Source of the DNA: Candidatus Dormibacteraceae bacterium
Lineage (GTDB): Bacteria; Chloroflexota; Dormibacteria; Dormibacterales; Dormibacteraceae
Assembly: GCA_041476405.1 (NCBI GenBank)
Contig: JBGOTG010000001.1
Span: 1 to 47,822 of the forward strand
DNA length: 47,822 nucleotides
Reading direction: 5' to 3'
Positions 7,094 to 16,564 of the stretch are shown piece after piece. The notes beneath the pieces were generated by a model. It was given only the letters and a program-made list of their open reading frames with translations. It did not search any database and had not been told where the DNA came from. Each line of letters starts with the position of its first letter. The stretch's first letter is position 1. The position numbers and the translations under genes were made by a program.

Positions 7094-8719
7094 ATGCCCA
7101 AGCAAGAAACGGCGAGCCGAAGACCAGACGGTGCACGACGGATCGTGGTGTACGACACCACGCTGCGCGACGGTGCCCAGGGGCCCGCCGTCTCCTTCTC
7201 TGCATCGGATAAAGTCCGCATCGCGAGGACCCTCGACCAGCTCGGGTTTGACTACATCGAAGGCGGCTTTCCTGGATCGAACCCGAAGGATGAAGAGGTA
7301 TTCGCGAACCTCCTCGCGCGTCCTCTGAAGGGCGCGAAGCTGGCCGCGTTCGGCGCCACTCGACGCGCCGGCGGGACGTGTGAGGATGACTCGAACCTAA
7401 AGGCGCTTGCCGACAGCGGGGCGGCCACCTGGACGCTGGTCGGCAAGAGCGACCCCTGGCAGGTGAGCGCAGTCCTTGGGACGACTCCCAACGAGAACCT
7501 GGCGATGATCCGCGAGTCTGTGGCGTATGGCGTCGCAATGGATAAAGAGGTGATCTTCGACGCCGAGCACTTCTTTGACGGATTCGCGCGGGACGCGGAG
7601 TACGCGATCGAGGCCTGTCTTGAAGCCGCGCGGTCAGGCGCGAGCTGGGTCGTCCTGTGCGACACCAACGGTGGAAGCCTCCCGGCGGAGATCCGCCTCG
7701 GCGTCGAGGCGGTCCGCCGCGCGCTGAGCGAGCTCGACAGGCCTGTCGGCGTCGGCATCCACTGCCACAACGATTGCGAGCTGGCGGTCGCCAACACTCT
7801 CGAAGGAGTGGCCGCCGGCGCTGACATGGTGCAGGGCACCATCAACGGCTACGGCGAGCGCTGTGGAAATGCAAACCTGGTTTCAGTCGTCGCGAACCTG
7901 GTCCTGAAGTATGGATTCGAAGCCCTGCGCCAGGATTCATTGGCGCGGTCGACCGATCTGTCGCGGACCGTGGCCGAGATCGCGAACCTGTCGCTGCCCC
8001 TGCAGCAGCCGTTCGTGGGCTATGGCGCATTCGCGCACAAGGGGGGCCAGCACGTGGCCGCGGTGCTGAAGAACAGCGATGCCTACCAGCACATCGATCC
8101 TGGCTTGGTCGGCAATGAGCCGCACGTGCTGGTCTCGGAGCTTTCGGGGAGGGGAAACATCCTCGCCAAGGCGCGCGAGTTCGGTTTGGAGCTGGATCGC
8201 GACGACCCACACACGCGGTGGCTCGTCCAGCACCTCAAGGAGCTCGAGCATCGCGGCTACTCGTATGAGGCGGCTGACGCGTCGTTCGAGATGCTTCTGC
8301 GACGGCTGCAGCCGGGTTATGAGGCGCCCTGGACGGTGGCGGACTTCACCACGATGGTCCGCAAGGACGGCGAGACCGTCTATGCCGAAGCGACCGTGAA
8401 GGTCGAGGTGGGTGGATCTGTGTATCACACAGCAGCGTCTGGAAACGGGCCGGTAAACGCTCTGGATGCCGCGCTGCGCAAGGCGCTCCTCCCCCGTTTT
8501 CCCGGTCTGAAAAGTGTGAGCCTCCACGACTACAAGGTCCGCATCCTCGACGGGGACGCGGCTACCGCCGCTACGACGCGGGTGCTGATCGAGTCTGGGC
8601 GGGGTCTCAAGCGTTGGACGACAGTCGGCTGCTCGAGCAACATCATCGAAGCCTCGCTCGCGGCGCTGGTCGATTCGTTCGAGTACGCGCAGCTCTCGAG
8701 GGCGGCCGGCCGGGCTTGA
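7094..8719 (+). CDS. cimA: citramalate synthase (long LeuA-family form)
   Basis: 541 aa. The N-terminus VVYDTTLRDGAQGPAVSFS..DKVRIA..LDQLGFDYIEGGFPGSNPKDEEVF matches the long-type CimA subfamily as I remember it. It is distinct from the actinobacterial-type LeuA at 35345..37066. Confidence 0.7.
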   Translation: MPKQETASRRPDGARRIVVYDTTLRDGAQGPAVSFSASDKVRIARTLDQLGFDYIEGGFPGSNPKDEEVFANLLARPLKGAKLAAFGATRRAGGTCEDDSNLKALADSGAATWTLVGKSDPWQVSAVLGTTPNENLAMIRESVAYGVAMDKEVIFDAEHFFDGFARDAEYAIEACLEAARSGASWVVLCDTNGGSLPAEIRLGVEAVRRALSELDRPVGVGIHCHNDCELAVANTLEGVAAGADMVQGTINGYGERCGNANLVSVVANLVLKYGFEALRQDSLARSTDLSRTVAEIANLSLPLQQPFVGYGAFAHKGGQHVAAVLKNSDAYQHIDPGLVGNEPHVLVSELSGRGNILAKAREFGLELDRDDPHTRWLVQHLKELEHRGYSYEAADASFEMLLRRLQPGYEAPWTVADFTTMVRKDGETVYAEATVKVEVGGSVYHTAASGNGPVNALDAALRKALLPRFPGLKSVSLHDYKVRILDGDAATAATTRVLIESGRGLKRWTTVGCSSNIIEASLAALVDSFEYAQLSRAAGRA

Positions 8720-8819
8720 CGGTCGGCGAGACGCTGTTCCGTGTGCGTGAGCGGGCGCTCGCCGAGCCGCCCGCCGGCAGGGCGATCTGGCTCGCCCGCT
8801 GCAGTTCGCTCTCGTAAGG

Positions 8820-9995
8820 ATGCAGAATTGGTCGGTGCAACCCAGCCTGGCGGGAGCCGATGGCGACGCGGTCGTCGTGCTCGAACAGGTGGTCAAGCGC
8901 TTCGGCGGCGTCACCGTCGTGGACGGATTGAACCTCGAGATCCGCAGGGGCGAGTTCTTCAGCATGCTCGGCCCGTCGGGCTGCGGCAAGACGACCACTC
9001 TGCGCATGATCGGCGGCTTCGAGATGCCCTCGGAAGGGATGGTCAGGCTCGACGGACGGGATGTGACCGACCTCCCTGCCTTCCGCAGGGACGTCAACAC
9101 GGTCTTCCAGTCCTATGGGCTGTTTCCCCACCTGAGCGTCTTCGACAACGTCGCGTTCGGGCTCCGAAGGAAGAAGGTGGCCCCGAAGGAGGTCGAGCGT
9201 CGGGTGCTGGAGGCCCTGGAGCTGGTTGACCTCAAAGGCTACGGAAAGCGGCGCCGCTCGCAGCTTTCGGGCGGCCAGCAGCAGCGCGTGGCCCTGGCTC
9301 GCGCGCTCGTCAACCGGCCCCAGGTCCTGCTTCTCGACGAGCCGCTCGGAGCCCTCGACCTCAAACTTCGCAAGCAGATGCAGTTGGAGCTCAAGCGCAT
9401 CCAGAAAGAGGTCGGCATCACTTTCATATTCGTGACGCACGACCAGGAGGAGGCGATGACCATCTCCGATCGGATCGCCGTCATGAACAGCGGCAGGATC
9501 GAGCAGCTCGGCCGCCCCGAGGAGGTCTACGAGCGACCCGCCACAGTGTTCGTGGCCGAGTTCCTTGGCGCTTCGAACCTCCTGGACGGGACCTTTAGAG
9601 GCAACCAGGACGGGTGGGGCCGGGTCGAGCTTGACAGCGGCGTGATGATCCGCATCCCCTTGGCCCACGACCGCCGAGCCGGGGAAAGGCTCCGGGTCGG
9701 CGTTCGCCCGGAGAAGATCCACCTCCTGACAGCGGGCCAGACGCCCGACGCCACGCACAACGTGGTGACGGCTACGCTACGGGCCGCCGTCTTCGCGGGC
9801 GTCAGCTTCCAGTACTTCTTCGAGACCCATGAGGGCCGGGAGATGACAGCCTTCGACCGCAACGCGACAGGGGGCGCGGCGGCTCGCCCTGGCGAGGGCG
9901 TTCGCCTCACGTGGGCCCCCGAGCACACGTTCGTGATTGCTGCTGAGGCGAAGGCCTCGGCGGCCGCAGACCAACAGGTGAGGGGAGAGGAATGA
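8820..9995 (+). CDS. potA: polyamine-type ABC transporter ATP-binding protein
   Basis: Walker A GPSGCGKTT, ABC signature LSGGQQQRVALARAL and Walker B LLLDEP are present. A C-terminal TOBE-like extension follows. The exact start is uncertain (ATG 8820 or GTG 8835). Confidence 0.85.
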   Translation: MQNWSVQPSLAGADGDAVVVLEQVVKRFGGVTVVDGLNLEIRRGEFFSMLGPSGCGKTTTLRMIGGFEMPSEGMVRLDGRDVTDLPAFRRDVNTVFQSYGLFPHLSVFDNVAFGLRRKKVAPKEVERRVLEALELVDLKGYGKRRRSQLSGGQQQRVALARALVNRPQVLLLDEPLGALDLKLRKQMQLELKRIQKEVGITFIFVTHDQEEAMTISDRIAVMNSGRIEQLGRPEEVYERPATVFVAEFLGASNLLDGTFRGNQDGWGRVELDSGVMIRIPLAHDRRAGERLRVGVRPEKIHLLTAGQTPDATHNVVTATLRAAVFAGVSFQYFFETHEGREMTAFDRNATGGAAARPGEGVRLTWAPEHTFVIAAEAKASAAADQQVRGEE

Positions 9996-11266
9996 CCACC
10001 GAAAAAGACGTTCCGTTCTATATGGATCCGTCCTACCTGCGCGGGCTGACCCAAAAGCGGATCTCGCGGCGGACCGCACTCCAGGGAGCCGGCGCGGTCA
10101 GCTTTGCCGCTTTCCTGGCCGCTTGCGGCATCGGCAGCAAGCCCCAGACGGCCGCGCACGCCAACTGGGTCTGGGACAAGGCCACCAAGGCGGGAGTTCT
10201 CGATTTCGCGAACTGGCCGCTCTACATAGACACCGGCACCGACTCGAAGGGCAAGACCACCTACCCCACCCTGGACCAGTTCACCAGCGAGACCGGCATC
10301 AAGGTCAATTACAGCGAACCGATCCAGGACAACAACAGCTTTTTCGCGAAGGTCGCCCCGGTGCTGCAGCAGGGCCAGCCGATCGGCTTCGACCTCATCG
10401 TCGTGACCAACGGCATATTCCTGACCGATTACAAGCTCAAGGGGTGGTTCACGGAGCTCGACCTGACCAAGCTGCCGAACTTCACCCAGTACGCGTCGCC
10501 ACGCGTTCAGGCCCGCGATTTCGACCCCGGCAACAAATTCACCATCCCCTGGCAGTCCGGATTCACCGGCATCGGTTACAACCCCAAGCACACCGGACGC
10601 GAGATCACGAGCTTCAACGACCTTTTCGACCCCAAGTTCGCCGGCAAGGTCGGGATGTTCAGCGAGAACCAGGACACCGGAAACCTGACCATGGTCGGGA
10701 TGGGGATCAAACCCGAGAGCTCGACCCCCAAAGACTGGCAGAAGGCGGCCGACAAGCTCAAGTCGCAGCGGGATTCCGGGATCGTACGCAAGTATTACGA
10801 CCAGAGCTACATCGATGCCCTGAGCAAGGGTGACACGTGGATCAGCATGGCCTGGTCCGGCGACATCTTCCAGGCGAACCTGTCGGCCGGCAACGATGAC
10901 CTCAAGTTCGTCATCCCGTCGGAGGGCGGCATCATCTGGACGGACAACATGGCCATCCCGCTGGGTGCCGCGCACCCCGTGGACGCCATCACCTACATGA
11001 ACTGGGTCTACCAGCCTCGGATCGCAGCCACGATGGCCGAGTACATCGAATACATCACGCCGGTGCCAACCGCGCAGACGTACATCCAGCAGGATGCGGC
11101 GGCGGCCAAAGCTGCCGAGGACAAGGCGTCTCTGCTCGAGCTGGCCCAGGATCCGGCCATCTTCCCGTCTCAGGACGTGCTGGCCAAGACCTACTACTAC
11201 CGGGTCCTCAACGCGAGCGAGACCATCCAGTGGAACGACATCTTCAACGCGGTCATCACGGCCTGA
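9992..11266 (+). CDS. potD: PotD/PotF-family periplasmic substrate-binding lipoprotein
   Basis: The start overlaps the potA stop as ATGA and has a GGGGAGAGGA SD. The signal is Tat-like (RRTALQGAG) with a lipobox (LAAC). The mature part resembles spermidine/putrescine-binding proteins. Confidence 0.8.
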   Translation: MTTEKDVPFYMDPSYLRGLTQKRISRRTALQGAGAVSFAAFLAACGIGSKPQTAAHANWVWDKATKAGVLDFANWPLYIDTGTDSKGKTTYPTLDQFTSETGIKVNYSEPIQDNNSFFAKVAPVLQQGQPIGFDLIVVTNGIFLTDYKLKGWFTELDLTKLPNFTQYASPRVQARDFDPGNKFTIPWQSGFTGIGYNPKHTGREITSFNDLFDPKFAGKVGMFSENQDTGNLTMVGMGIKPESSTPKDWQKAADKLKSQRDSGIVRKYYDQSYIDALSKGDTWISMAWSGDIFQANLSAGNDDLKFVIPSEGGIIWTDNMAIPLGAAHPVDAITYMNWVYQPRIAATMAEYIEYITPVPTAQTYIQQDAAAAKAAEDKASLLELAQDPAIFPSQDVLAKTYYYRVLNASETIQWNDIFNAVITA

Positions 11267-11305
11267 TCCGACCATGAGCAAAGCGCGAGGCAGACAGGGC
11301 TAGCG

Positions 11306-12199
11306 GTGGCAACCGGCGTGCCCGCAGCGAGGGGGCCGGCGCTCGGTGCCCGCATGGGACGAGCGCTGGCTCCTTACCTCCTCGTCCTCCCTGGAGGAGG
11401 TTGGATGTTGCTCTTCTTCATCCTTCCCATCGCCACTCTCGCCATCACTTCGCTGGAGTCCGGCGACTTCATCAACGGCTTCAATTTCACGTGGAACTTC
11501 GGCAACTACACGCATGGCTTCAACCTCTACTCCCAGCAGTACCTGCACGCGGTCGAATACGGGGGCACCGCCACCGTCGTCGCGCTCCTTGTCGCATATC
11601 CGGCGGCATACTGGATCGCGTTCCACGCCGGGCCGCGCAAGTCTGCCTACCTGCTGGCGGTGCTGCTGCCCTTCTTCGTGTCGTTCGTGATCAGGACCCT
11701 TTCCTGGGAGACGCTGCTCGGCGACAGCGGCCCGCTGTTCGGGCCCCTCAAGTCAGCTCACATTCTGACTCCCGATTTCCGCGTGCTCGCCACCCCGGTC
11801 GCGGTGACGTTCGGCCTCGCATACACGTTCTTTCCGTTCATGCTGCTGCCGGTCTACGCCTCCCTGGAGAAGATCGACCGAGGTCTGGTCGAGGCGGCCG
11901 AGGACCTCTACTCGAGCAAGTTCGAGGTGTTGCGGCGGGTGATCTTCCCCCTTTCCGTCCCAGGAGTCTTCGCCGGTGTGCTCTTGACGGGTATTCCGGC
12001 GGTGGCCGACTACGTGAACCAGGACCTTCTGGGGGGCGTCGGCACGACCATGGTCGGACGCGTGATCGAGACGCAGTTCGAGGTCAGCATCAATTACCCG
12101 CTCGCCGCTTCACTGGCGTTCGTGTTCATGCTCGGCCTGCTCGCGACGTTGATCATCTACCAGCGCATCTTCGGCACTGAACAGATCATGGGAGGCTGA
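11306..12199 (+). CDS. potB: ABC transporter permease (PotB-like)
   Basis: Multi-TM protein with a permease EAA-like loop (LVEAAEDLYSSKFEVLRRVIFP). The start is GTG 11306 or ATG 11354. Confidence 0.8.
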   Translation: MATGVPAARGPALGARMGRALAPYLLVLPGGGWMLLFFILPIATLAITSLESGDFINGFNFTWNFGNYTHGFNLYSQQYLHAVEYGGTATVVALLVAYPAAYWIAFHAGPRKSAYLLAVLLPFFVSFVIRTLSWETLLGDSGPLFGPLKSAHILTPDFRVLATPVAVTFGLAYTFFPFMLLPVYASLEKIDRGLVEAAEDLYSSKFEVLRRVIFPLSVPGVFAGVLLTGIPAVADYVNQDLLGGVGTTMVGRVIETQFEVSINYPLAASLAFVFMLGLLATLIIYQRIFGTEQIMGG

Positions 12200-12201
12200 C
12201 C

Positions 12202-13077
12202 GTGGCGGAATTGACGTCCGGAGTCCAGGCGCGAGCGACGCGTCCCCGCGCGCAGACCGGCTCCACGTTGCGGCAGCGGCTCGGTGCCCTGGTGCTGCCC
12301 ACCTACACACACCTCGTGATGCTGTGGCTGTTCGCCCCGATCATCGTGATGGTCATCTTCGGGTTCAACAACACGCACGGCAAGTTGAACATCGCCTGGG
12401 CTGGGTTCACGCTCAAGTGGTTCCAGAACCCCTTCGGCGTCACGGCACTGACGTCGGCCGTGGAAATGTCTCTCCTCACGGCCACTGTCGGGGCGCTTGT
12501 ATCCACAGTCCTCGGCACGATGATCGCCCTCGCCACCCACCGATACAGCTTTCGCGGCAAGCAGCTGCTCGATGCGGTCCTCGTGATGAACATCGCGGCG
12601 TCAGAGGTGGTGATGGGCGCTGCGCTCCTCACCCTCTTCCTCGCCATCGATGCGCCACTCGGGTTCATCACCATCGTGCTCGCCCAGGTCATGTTCTCGA
12701 TCCCCTTCGTTGCCATCACAGTCCGTGCGCGCCTGGTGGGCTTCGACCGCTCTCTGGAAGAGGCTGCGCAGGACCTCGGCGCCTCGCCCCTGACGACATT
12801 CTTTTTGGTCACGCTGCCGATCATCTTTCCCGGCGTGATGGCGGCGGCGCTGCTCGCCTTCGCCCTGTGCCTCGACGACTATGTGATAACGAGCTTTGTC
12901 GCGGGCAACACCCTCACCTTCCCGCTGTGGGTGTATGGGGCCACCAGGGAGGGCGTGCCACCGCAGGTCAACGTGATAGGCACCTTCATATTCATCGCCG
13001 GGGCATTGATAGCGATCACCTTCGCATTGATACGGAGCATCCGCAACCGCCAGCTCGCGCGCGAGTCGGCCCTGTGA
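12202..13077 (+). CDS. potC: ABC transporter permease (PotC-like)
   Basis: GTG start 6 nt after a GGGAGG SD. The EAA loop reads LEEAAQDLGASPLTTFFLVTLP. About six hydrophobic segments are visible. Confidence 0.8.
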   Translation: MAELTSGVQARATRPRAQTGSTLRQRLGALVLPTYTHLVMLWLFAPIIVMVIFGFNNTHGKLNIAWAGFTLKWFQNPFGVTALTSAVEMSLLTATVGALVSTVLGTMIALATHRYSFRGKQLLDAVLVMNIAASEVVMGAALLTLFLAIDAPLGFITIVLAQVMFSIPFVAITVRARLVGFDRSLEEAAQDLGASPLTTFFLVTLPIIFPGVMAAALLAFALCLDDYVITSFVAGNTLTFPLWVYGATREGVPPQVNVIGTFIFIAGALIAITFALIRSIRNRQLARESAL

Positions 13078-13112
13078 TGCAACCGCCGAGCAAAGCGCCG
13101 GGCTCGTAACGC

Positions 13113-14123
13113 GTGCCGCGCCTGAGAGGGATGTACGGCCCCGATGTGACGTTCCTCGGGGTTGCGCAGTGTGACCTCGACGAGCCCTCCACCTTTGAGG
13201 GTGCCGACGTGGTCGTCATCGGTGCGCCGTACGACGCCGGCGCTTCGTATAGAGCCGGCGCCCGCTTCGGGCCAAAGGCGATTCGCACCACCGACTACAA
13301 CCCGCACGATTCGTCGCGCCCTCACCTGGCGCTGCGCGTCGATCCTCTGCGGGACCTGCGGGTGGTCGACGCCGGCGACATCGAGATGCCCGGCGTCGAA
13401 GGGCGCCTTCCGCTGGACAACCTGGAGAACGCTGTTCGCGTCGTCACCGAGGCGGGCGCGATGCCTGTCATCCTCGGCGGCGACCACACAGTCACCTGGC
13501 CCGACGTAACAGGGGTCGCGCGCGCCAAGGGTTGGGGACGGGTTTCGGTGATCCATTTCGACGCGCACGCCGACACCGGGGAGACGCAGTTCGGGAGCCT
13601 GATCGGCCACGGCCTGCCGATGCGCCGGCTGATCGAGTCGGGTGCGTGCCGCGGCGATCGTTTCATCCAGATCGGCTTGCGCGGATACTGGCCGGAGCCC
13701 GAGACGCTTCAGTGGATGGCCGAGCGGCAGATGCATTCCTTCGAGATGCACGAGGTCGGCCGCCGCGGGCTTGACGACGTCCTCGATGAAGCCTTCGCGA
13801 TCGCGATCGACGACTGCGACGGCGTGTTCCTGTCGTTCGACGTCGACGTGGTCGATCCGGGGATGGCGCCCGGCACCGGCACTCCGGAGCCGGGTGGGTT
13901 CACGGCGCGCCAGGCGCTGGACGCGGTACGCCGGATCGCCATCGAGCTGCCGGTGGTCGGCATGGACGTCGTCGAGGTGTCGCCTCCATACGACACGTCA
14001 GAGATCACCGCTTTCCTTGCCAACCGCGTGATCCTCGAGGTGCTGGCCGGCATCGCCTATCGCCGCCGCGGCGGGACCTGGGCGACCATCCCGCGGACGC
14101 TGCTCGAGGGCCGCGGCGGCTAA
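13113..14123 (+). CDS. speB: agmatinase (arginase/ureohydrolase family)
   Basis: Ureohydrolase metal motifs are present: GGDHTVT, HFDAHADTG and SFDVDVVDPGMAPGTGTPEPGG. It is the last gene of the pot operon. Confidence 0.8.
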   Translation: MPRLRGMYGPDVTFLGVAQCDLDEPSTFEGADVVVIGAPYDAGASYRAGARFGPKAIRTTDYNPHDSSRPHLALRVDPLRDLRVVDAGDIEMPGVEGRLPLDNLENAVRVVTEAGAMPVILGGDHTVTWPDVTGVARAKGWGRVSVIHFDAHADTGETQFGSLIGHGLPMRRLIESGACRGDRFIQIGLRGYWPEPETLQWMAERQMHSFEMHEVGRRGLDDVLDEAFAIAIDDCDGVFLSFDVDVVDPGMAPGTGTPEPGGFTARQALDAVRRIAIELPVVGMDVVEVSPPYDTSEITAFLANRVILEVLAGIAYRRRGGTWATIPRTLLEGRGG

Positions 14124-14950
14124 CCGGCGAAGGGTCTGACCAGGGTCGCGAGCTCTTCGAGCTTCGACAGCGCCTGGTCCCGTCCATCAGGCGGCACGTA
14201 GTAGATGCAGCGCTCGACGCCGGCCTCGGCATGCCTTGCGATCTCGGCTGCGTCAGCCTTGGGATACGTGGTGACCGGGATCGGTCCCCGGCCGGCGGCC
14301 ATGGCCAGCTCCTGGAGCTCGCGAATGCGGGGAAGGTCGTCACCGCGGTTCGGCATCCACCCATCGGCGTAGGCGACCACACGTTTCAGGACGTTCGGCC
14401 CGCTGCCCCCGAGGAGGACCGGCGGGTGAGGCTTCTGGACCGGCTTCGGCCAGCACCACAACGGGCCGAAATCCACCATCTCGCCGTGGTACTCGGGCTC
14501 GTCCTGGGTCCAGATCGCCTTCATCGCCTCGACGCGCTCTCGCATCAGCTTGAATCGCGAGCCGAAGTCGGTGCCGTGGTCGGCCATCTCCTCACGGTTC
14601 CAGCCCGCCCCGACACCGAACAGGAACCGGCCGCTCGAAAGGTGGTCAAGGCTCGCGACCTCCTTGGCGGTGTGGATCGGATCGCGCTGCACCACCAGGC
14701 AGATGCCTGTGGCGACCAGCAACGTCTTCGACGCCAGGGCTGCCGCGGTCAGCGCCACGAACGGGTCCATCGTGTGCCAGTAATGCTTGGGCAGCTCGGC
14801 CCCGCCCGGCCACGCGGAGAGGCGGCTGGCCGGGATGTGGGAGTGCTCGGCCACCCATAGCGATTCGAATCCCAGCTGCTCGACCGCCGGGGCCAGCTCG
14901 GTCATGGAGATGGCGTAGTCGGTCGGGAAGATCGCTATCCCGAACTTCAT
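14120..14950 (-). CDS. LLM-class F420-dependent oxidoreductase
   Basis: An internal ATG gives [14 protein letters not shown]...LGFESLWVAEHSHIP, typical of the luciferase-like F420 oxidoreductases. This ATG shares one nt with the upstream TGA (TGATG). Confidence 0.75.
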   Translation of the reverse strand: MKFGIAIFPTDYAISMTELAPAVEQLGFESLWVAEHSHIPASRLSAWPGGAELPKHYWHTMDPFVALTAAALASKTLLVATGICLVVQRDPIHTAKEVASLDHLSSGRFLFGVGAGWNREEMADHGTDFGSRFKLMRERVEAMKAIWTQDEPEYHGEMVDFGPLWCWPKPVQKPHPPVLLGGSGPNVLKRVVAYADGWMPNRGDDLPRIRELQELAMAAGRGPIPVTTYPKADAAEIARHAEAGVERCIYYVPPDGRDQALSKLEELATLVRPFAG

Positions 14951-16482
14951 CAGCTCATGGTGACAGGCCAAGCCGTCGGAACGCGCTCCGCCGCGCGCGC
15001 GTCCCCTGCGTCGAGAGTCCGCATCAGCGCGGCCACCACGCGCCGGTCGAGGTGGGTGCCTGCCTCTTGCTGGACGATCTGCCGCGCATCCGTCTCGGCA
15101 CGTGCACGCCGGTACGGCCGGTCGGTGGTGAGCACGTCATATGTGTCGGCGACGGCGACGATGCGGGCCTCGATCGGTATCGCATCAGCGACCAGGCCGT
15201 GGGGATACCCGCTCCCGTCCATCCGCTCGTGGTGGTAGAGCACGCCGAGCAGCTCGCGCTTGAAGTGGCCACCCCGCCTCAGGATCGAGACGCCGATCTC
15301 GGGGTGTGTCTTCATCGTCGCCCACTCGGCTTGGTCCAGCGGGCCCGGCTTGTCGATGATCGCGTCGGCAATGCCCAGCTTGCCGACGTCGTGAAGCAGG
15401 CCGGAACGGGCGAGAACCCGGAGCTCGGTGGTGGACAACCCAAGCTGCCGCCCGAGCAGGACGCAAAGCTGAGCGACCCTCCGATTGTGTCCCTGGGTCT
15501 CACGGTCCTTGACCTCGACCGCCGCCACCAGAGCCGCGATCACCTCGAAGTCAAGCTCCTCGACGTCAACCGACACCTCGAGCTCGAGGGCGGTCTCGAC
15601 CACCGACCTGAAGGATGTCGCCCGTGCGCGCTCGACGATCAGGGCGTGAAGGGCGAGGGCGACCGCGGCGAGCATCAGCACGTGGTAGTACCACCAGCCG
15701 GCTGTCCACACCCGGAAAAGCACCATCGCCGCCGCAGCATCGGCGAGCAGGACGAAAGCCGCGAGCAGGAAACCCTGGCTGGCGAGACGAACCCTTCGGT
15801 AGCTCCGTGCCTGGCGCATCGCGGCGAAGAAGAACAGCCCGATGCTGAGGATCGCAAGGGCAGTGCTGTATGGAGGGAGCGACAGCGGCAGCTCGGCGAT
15901 CAGCGACGTGTTGTAGACCGCCACACAGGCGTACGCGACGAGGCCGATGACAACGAAGAGGACCAGCCAGCCCGCGGGCCAGAATGGCAGCCGCCTTTCC
16001 AGCCGCGCCAGCCCCGGCAGGTAGCCGGCGGCGAAAAAGAGCGCCGGCACCGCAAGGCTGAGGTAGGCGGACATCGCCACCGCGCTCCCCGGATACTCGC
16101 GGAAGAGGTTGGGGACCAGGACGCCAGGGGTCGTCAGGCCGTGCACCGCGAAGATCGCGCATAGCGAAGTGAAGCCGAGACAGAGGAACAGGACCCGGTA
16201 GAGCCCGATCTGGACGGTCGCGAGGGCCAGGGCTGCCGCAATGATCGCCGCCACCAGCGACACCGCGGAGACGATATAGAAATGCTCGTAAGGGACCACC
16301 AGGAGGCCGCCCCCGTGGTCGACCGCCAGGGGCACGAAGCTCGCCGGCACCAGGAGGCCAAGCACGATGAGGACACCTGGCCAATCTGCTGCGGGCAGGA
16401 CCCCAGAACCCCTGACCGGCGAGCGAGTGAGCACTGTCGTCTCCCCTTGGAGCACCAGGGGCGCGCTCCTGGTGCGCTTCAT
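14950..16482 (-). CDS. membrane-anchored HD-GYP domain protein (putative c-di-GMP phosphodiesterase/sensor)
   Basis: About 300 aa of repeated hydrophobic helices are followed by HDVGKLGI and [13 protein letters not shown] motifs. An AAGGAAG SD precedes ATG 16482. Confidence 0.8.
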   Translation of the reverse strand: MKRTRSAPLVLQGETTVLTRSPVRGSGVLPAADWPGVLIVLGLLVPASFVPLAVDHGGGLLVVPYEHFYIVSAVSLVAAIIAAALALATVQIGLYRVLFLCLGFTSLCAIFAVHGLTTPGVLVPNLFREYPGSAVAMSAYLSLAVPALFFAAGYLPGLARLERRLPFWPAGWLVLFVVIGLVAYACVAVYNTSLIAELPLSLPPYSTALAILSIGLFFFAAMRQARSYRRVRLASQGFLLAAFVLLADAAAAMVLFRVWTAGWWYYHVLMLAAVALALHALIVERARATSFRSVVETALELEVSVDVEELDFEVIAALVAAVEVKDRETQGHNRRVAQLCVLLGRQLGLSTTELRVLARSGLLHDVGKLGIADAIIDKPGPLDQAEWATMKTHPEIGVSILRRGGHFKRELLGVLYHHERMDGSGYPHGLVADAIPIEARIVAVADTYDVLTTDRPYRRARAETDARQIVQQEAGTHLDRRVVAALMRTLDAGDARAAERVPTAWPVTMS

Positions 16483-16564
16483 CAGCTTCCTTTCGTTTCC
16501 ACAACGAGCGGGAGCCCCACTCCGGTCGCCCGCCTTTCAGCCGGCCGGCCCGCGCCTAGGCCCT

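Noticed and set aside
8720-8819. Stem GAGCGGGCG ... CGCCCGCT between cimA and potA, considered as a terminator or riboswitch.
   Set aside because: There is no U-tract and the interior is long and unstructured by eye. I recognise no motif. This is too weak to call.
9527-11281. 584-aa minus-strand ORF opposite potA and potD.
   Set aside because: Antisense shadow ORF with low-complexity Arg/Gly/Val/Asp composition. The plus-strand genes carry Walker/ABC motifs and a lipoprotein signal.
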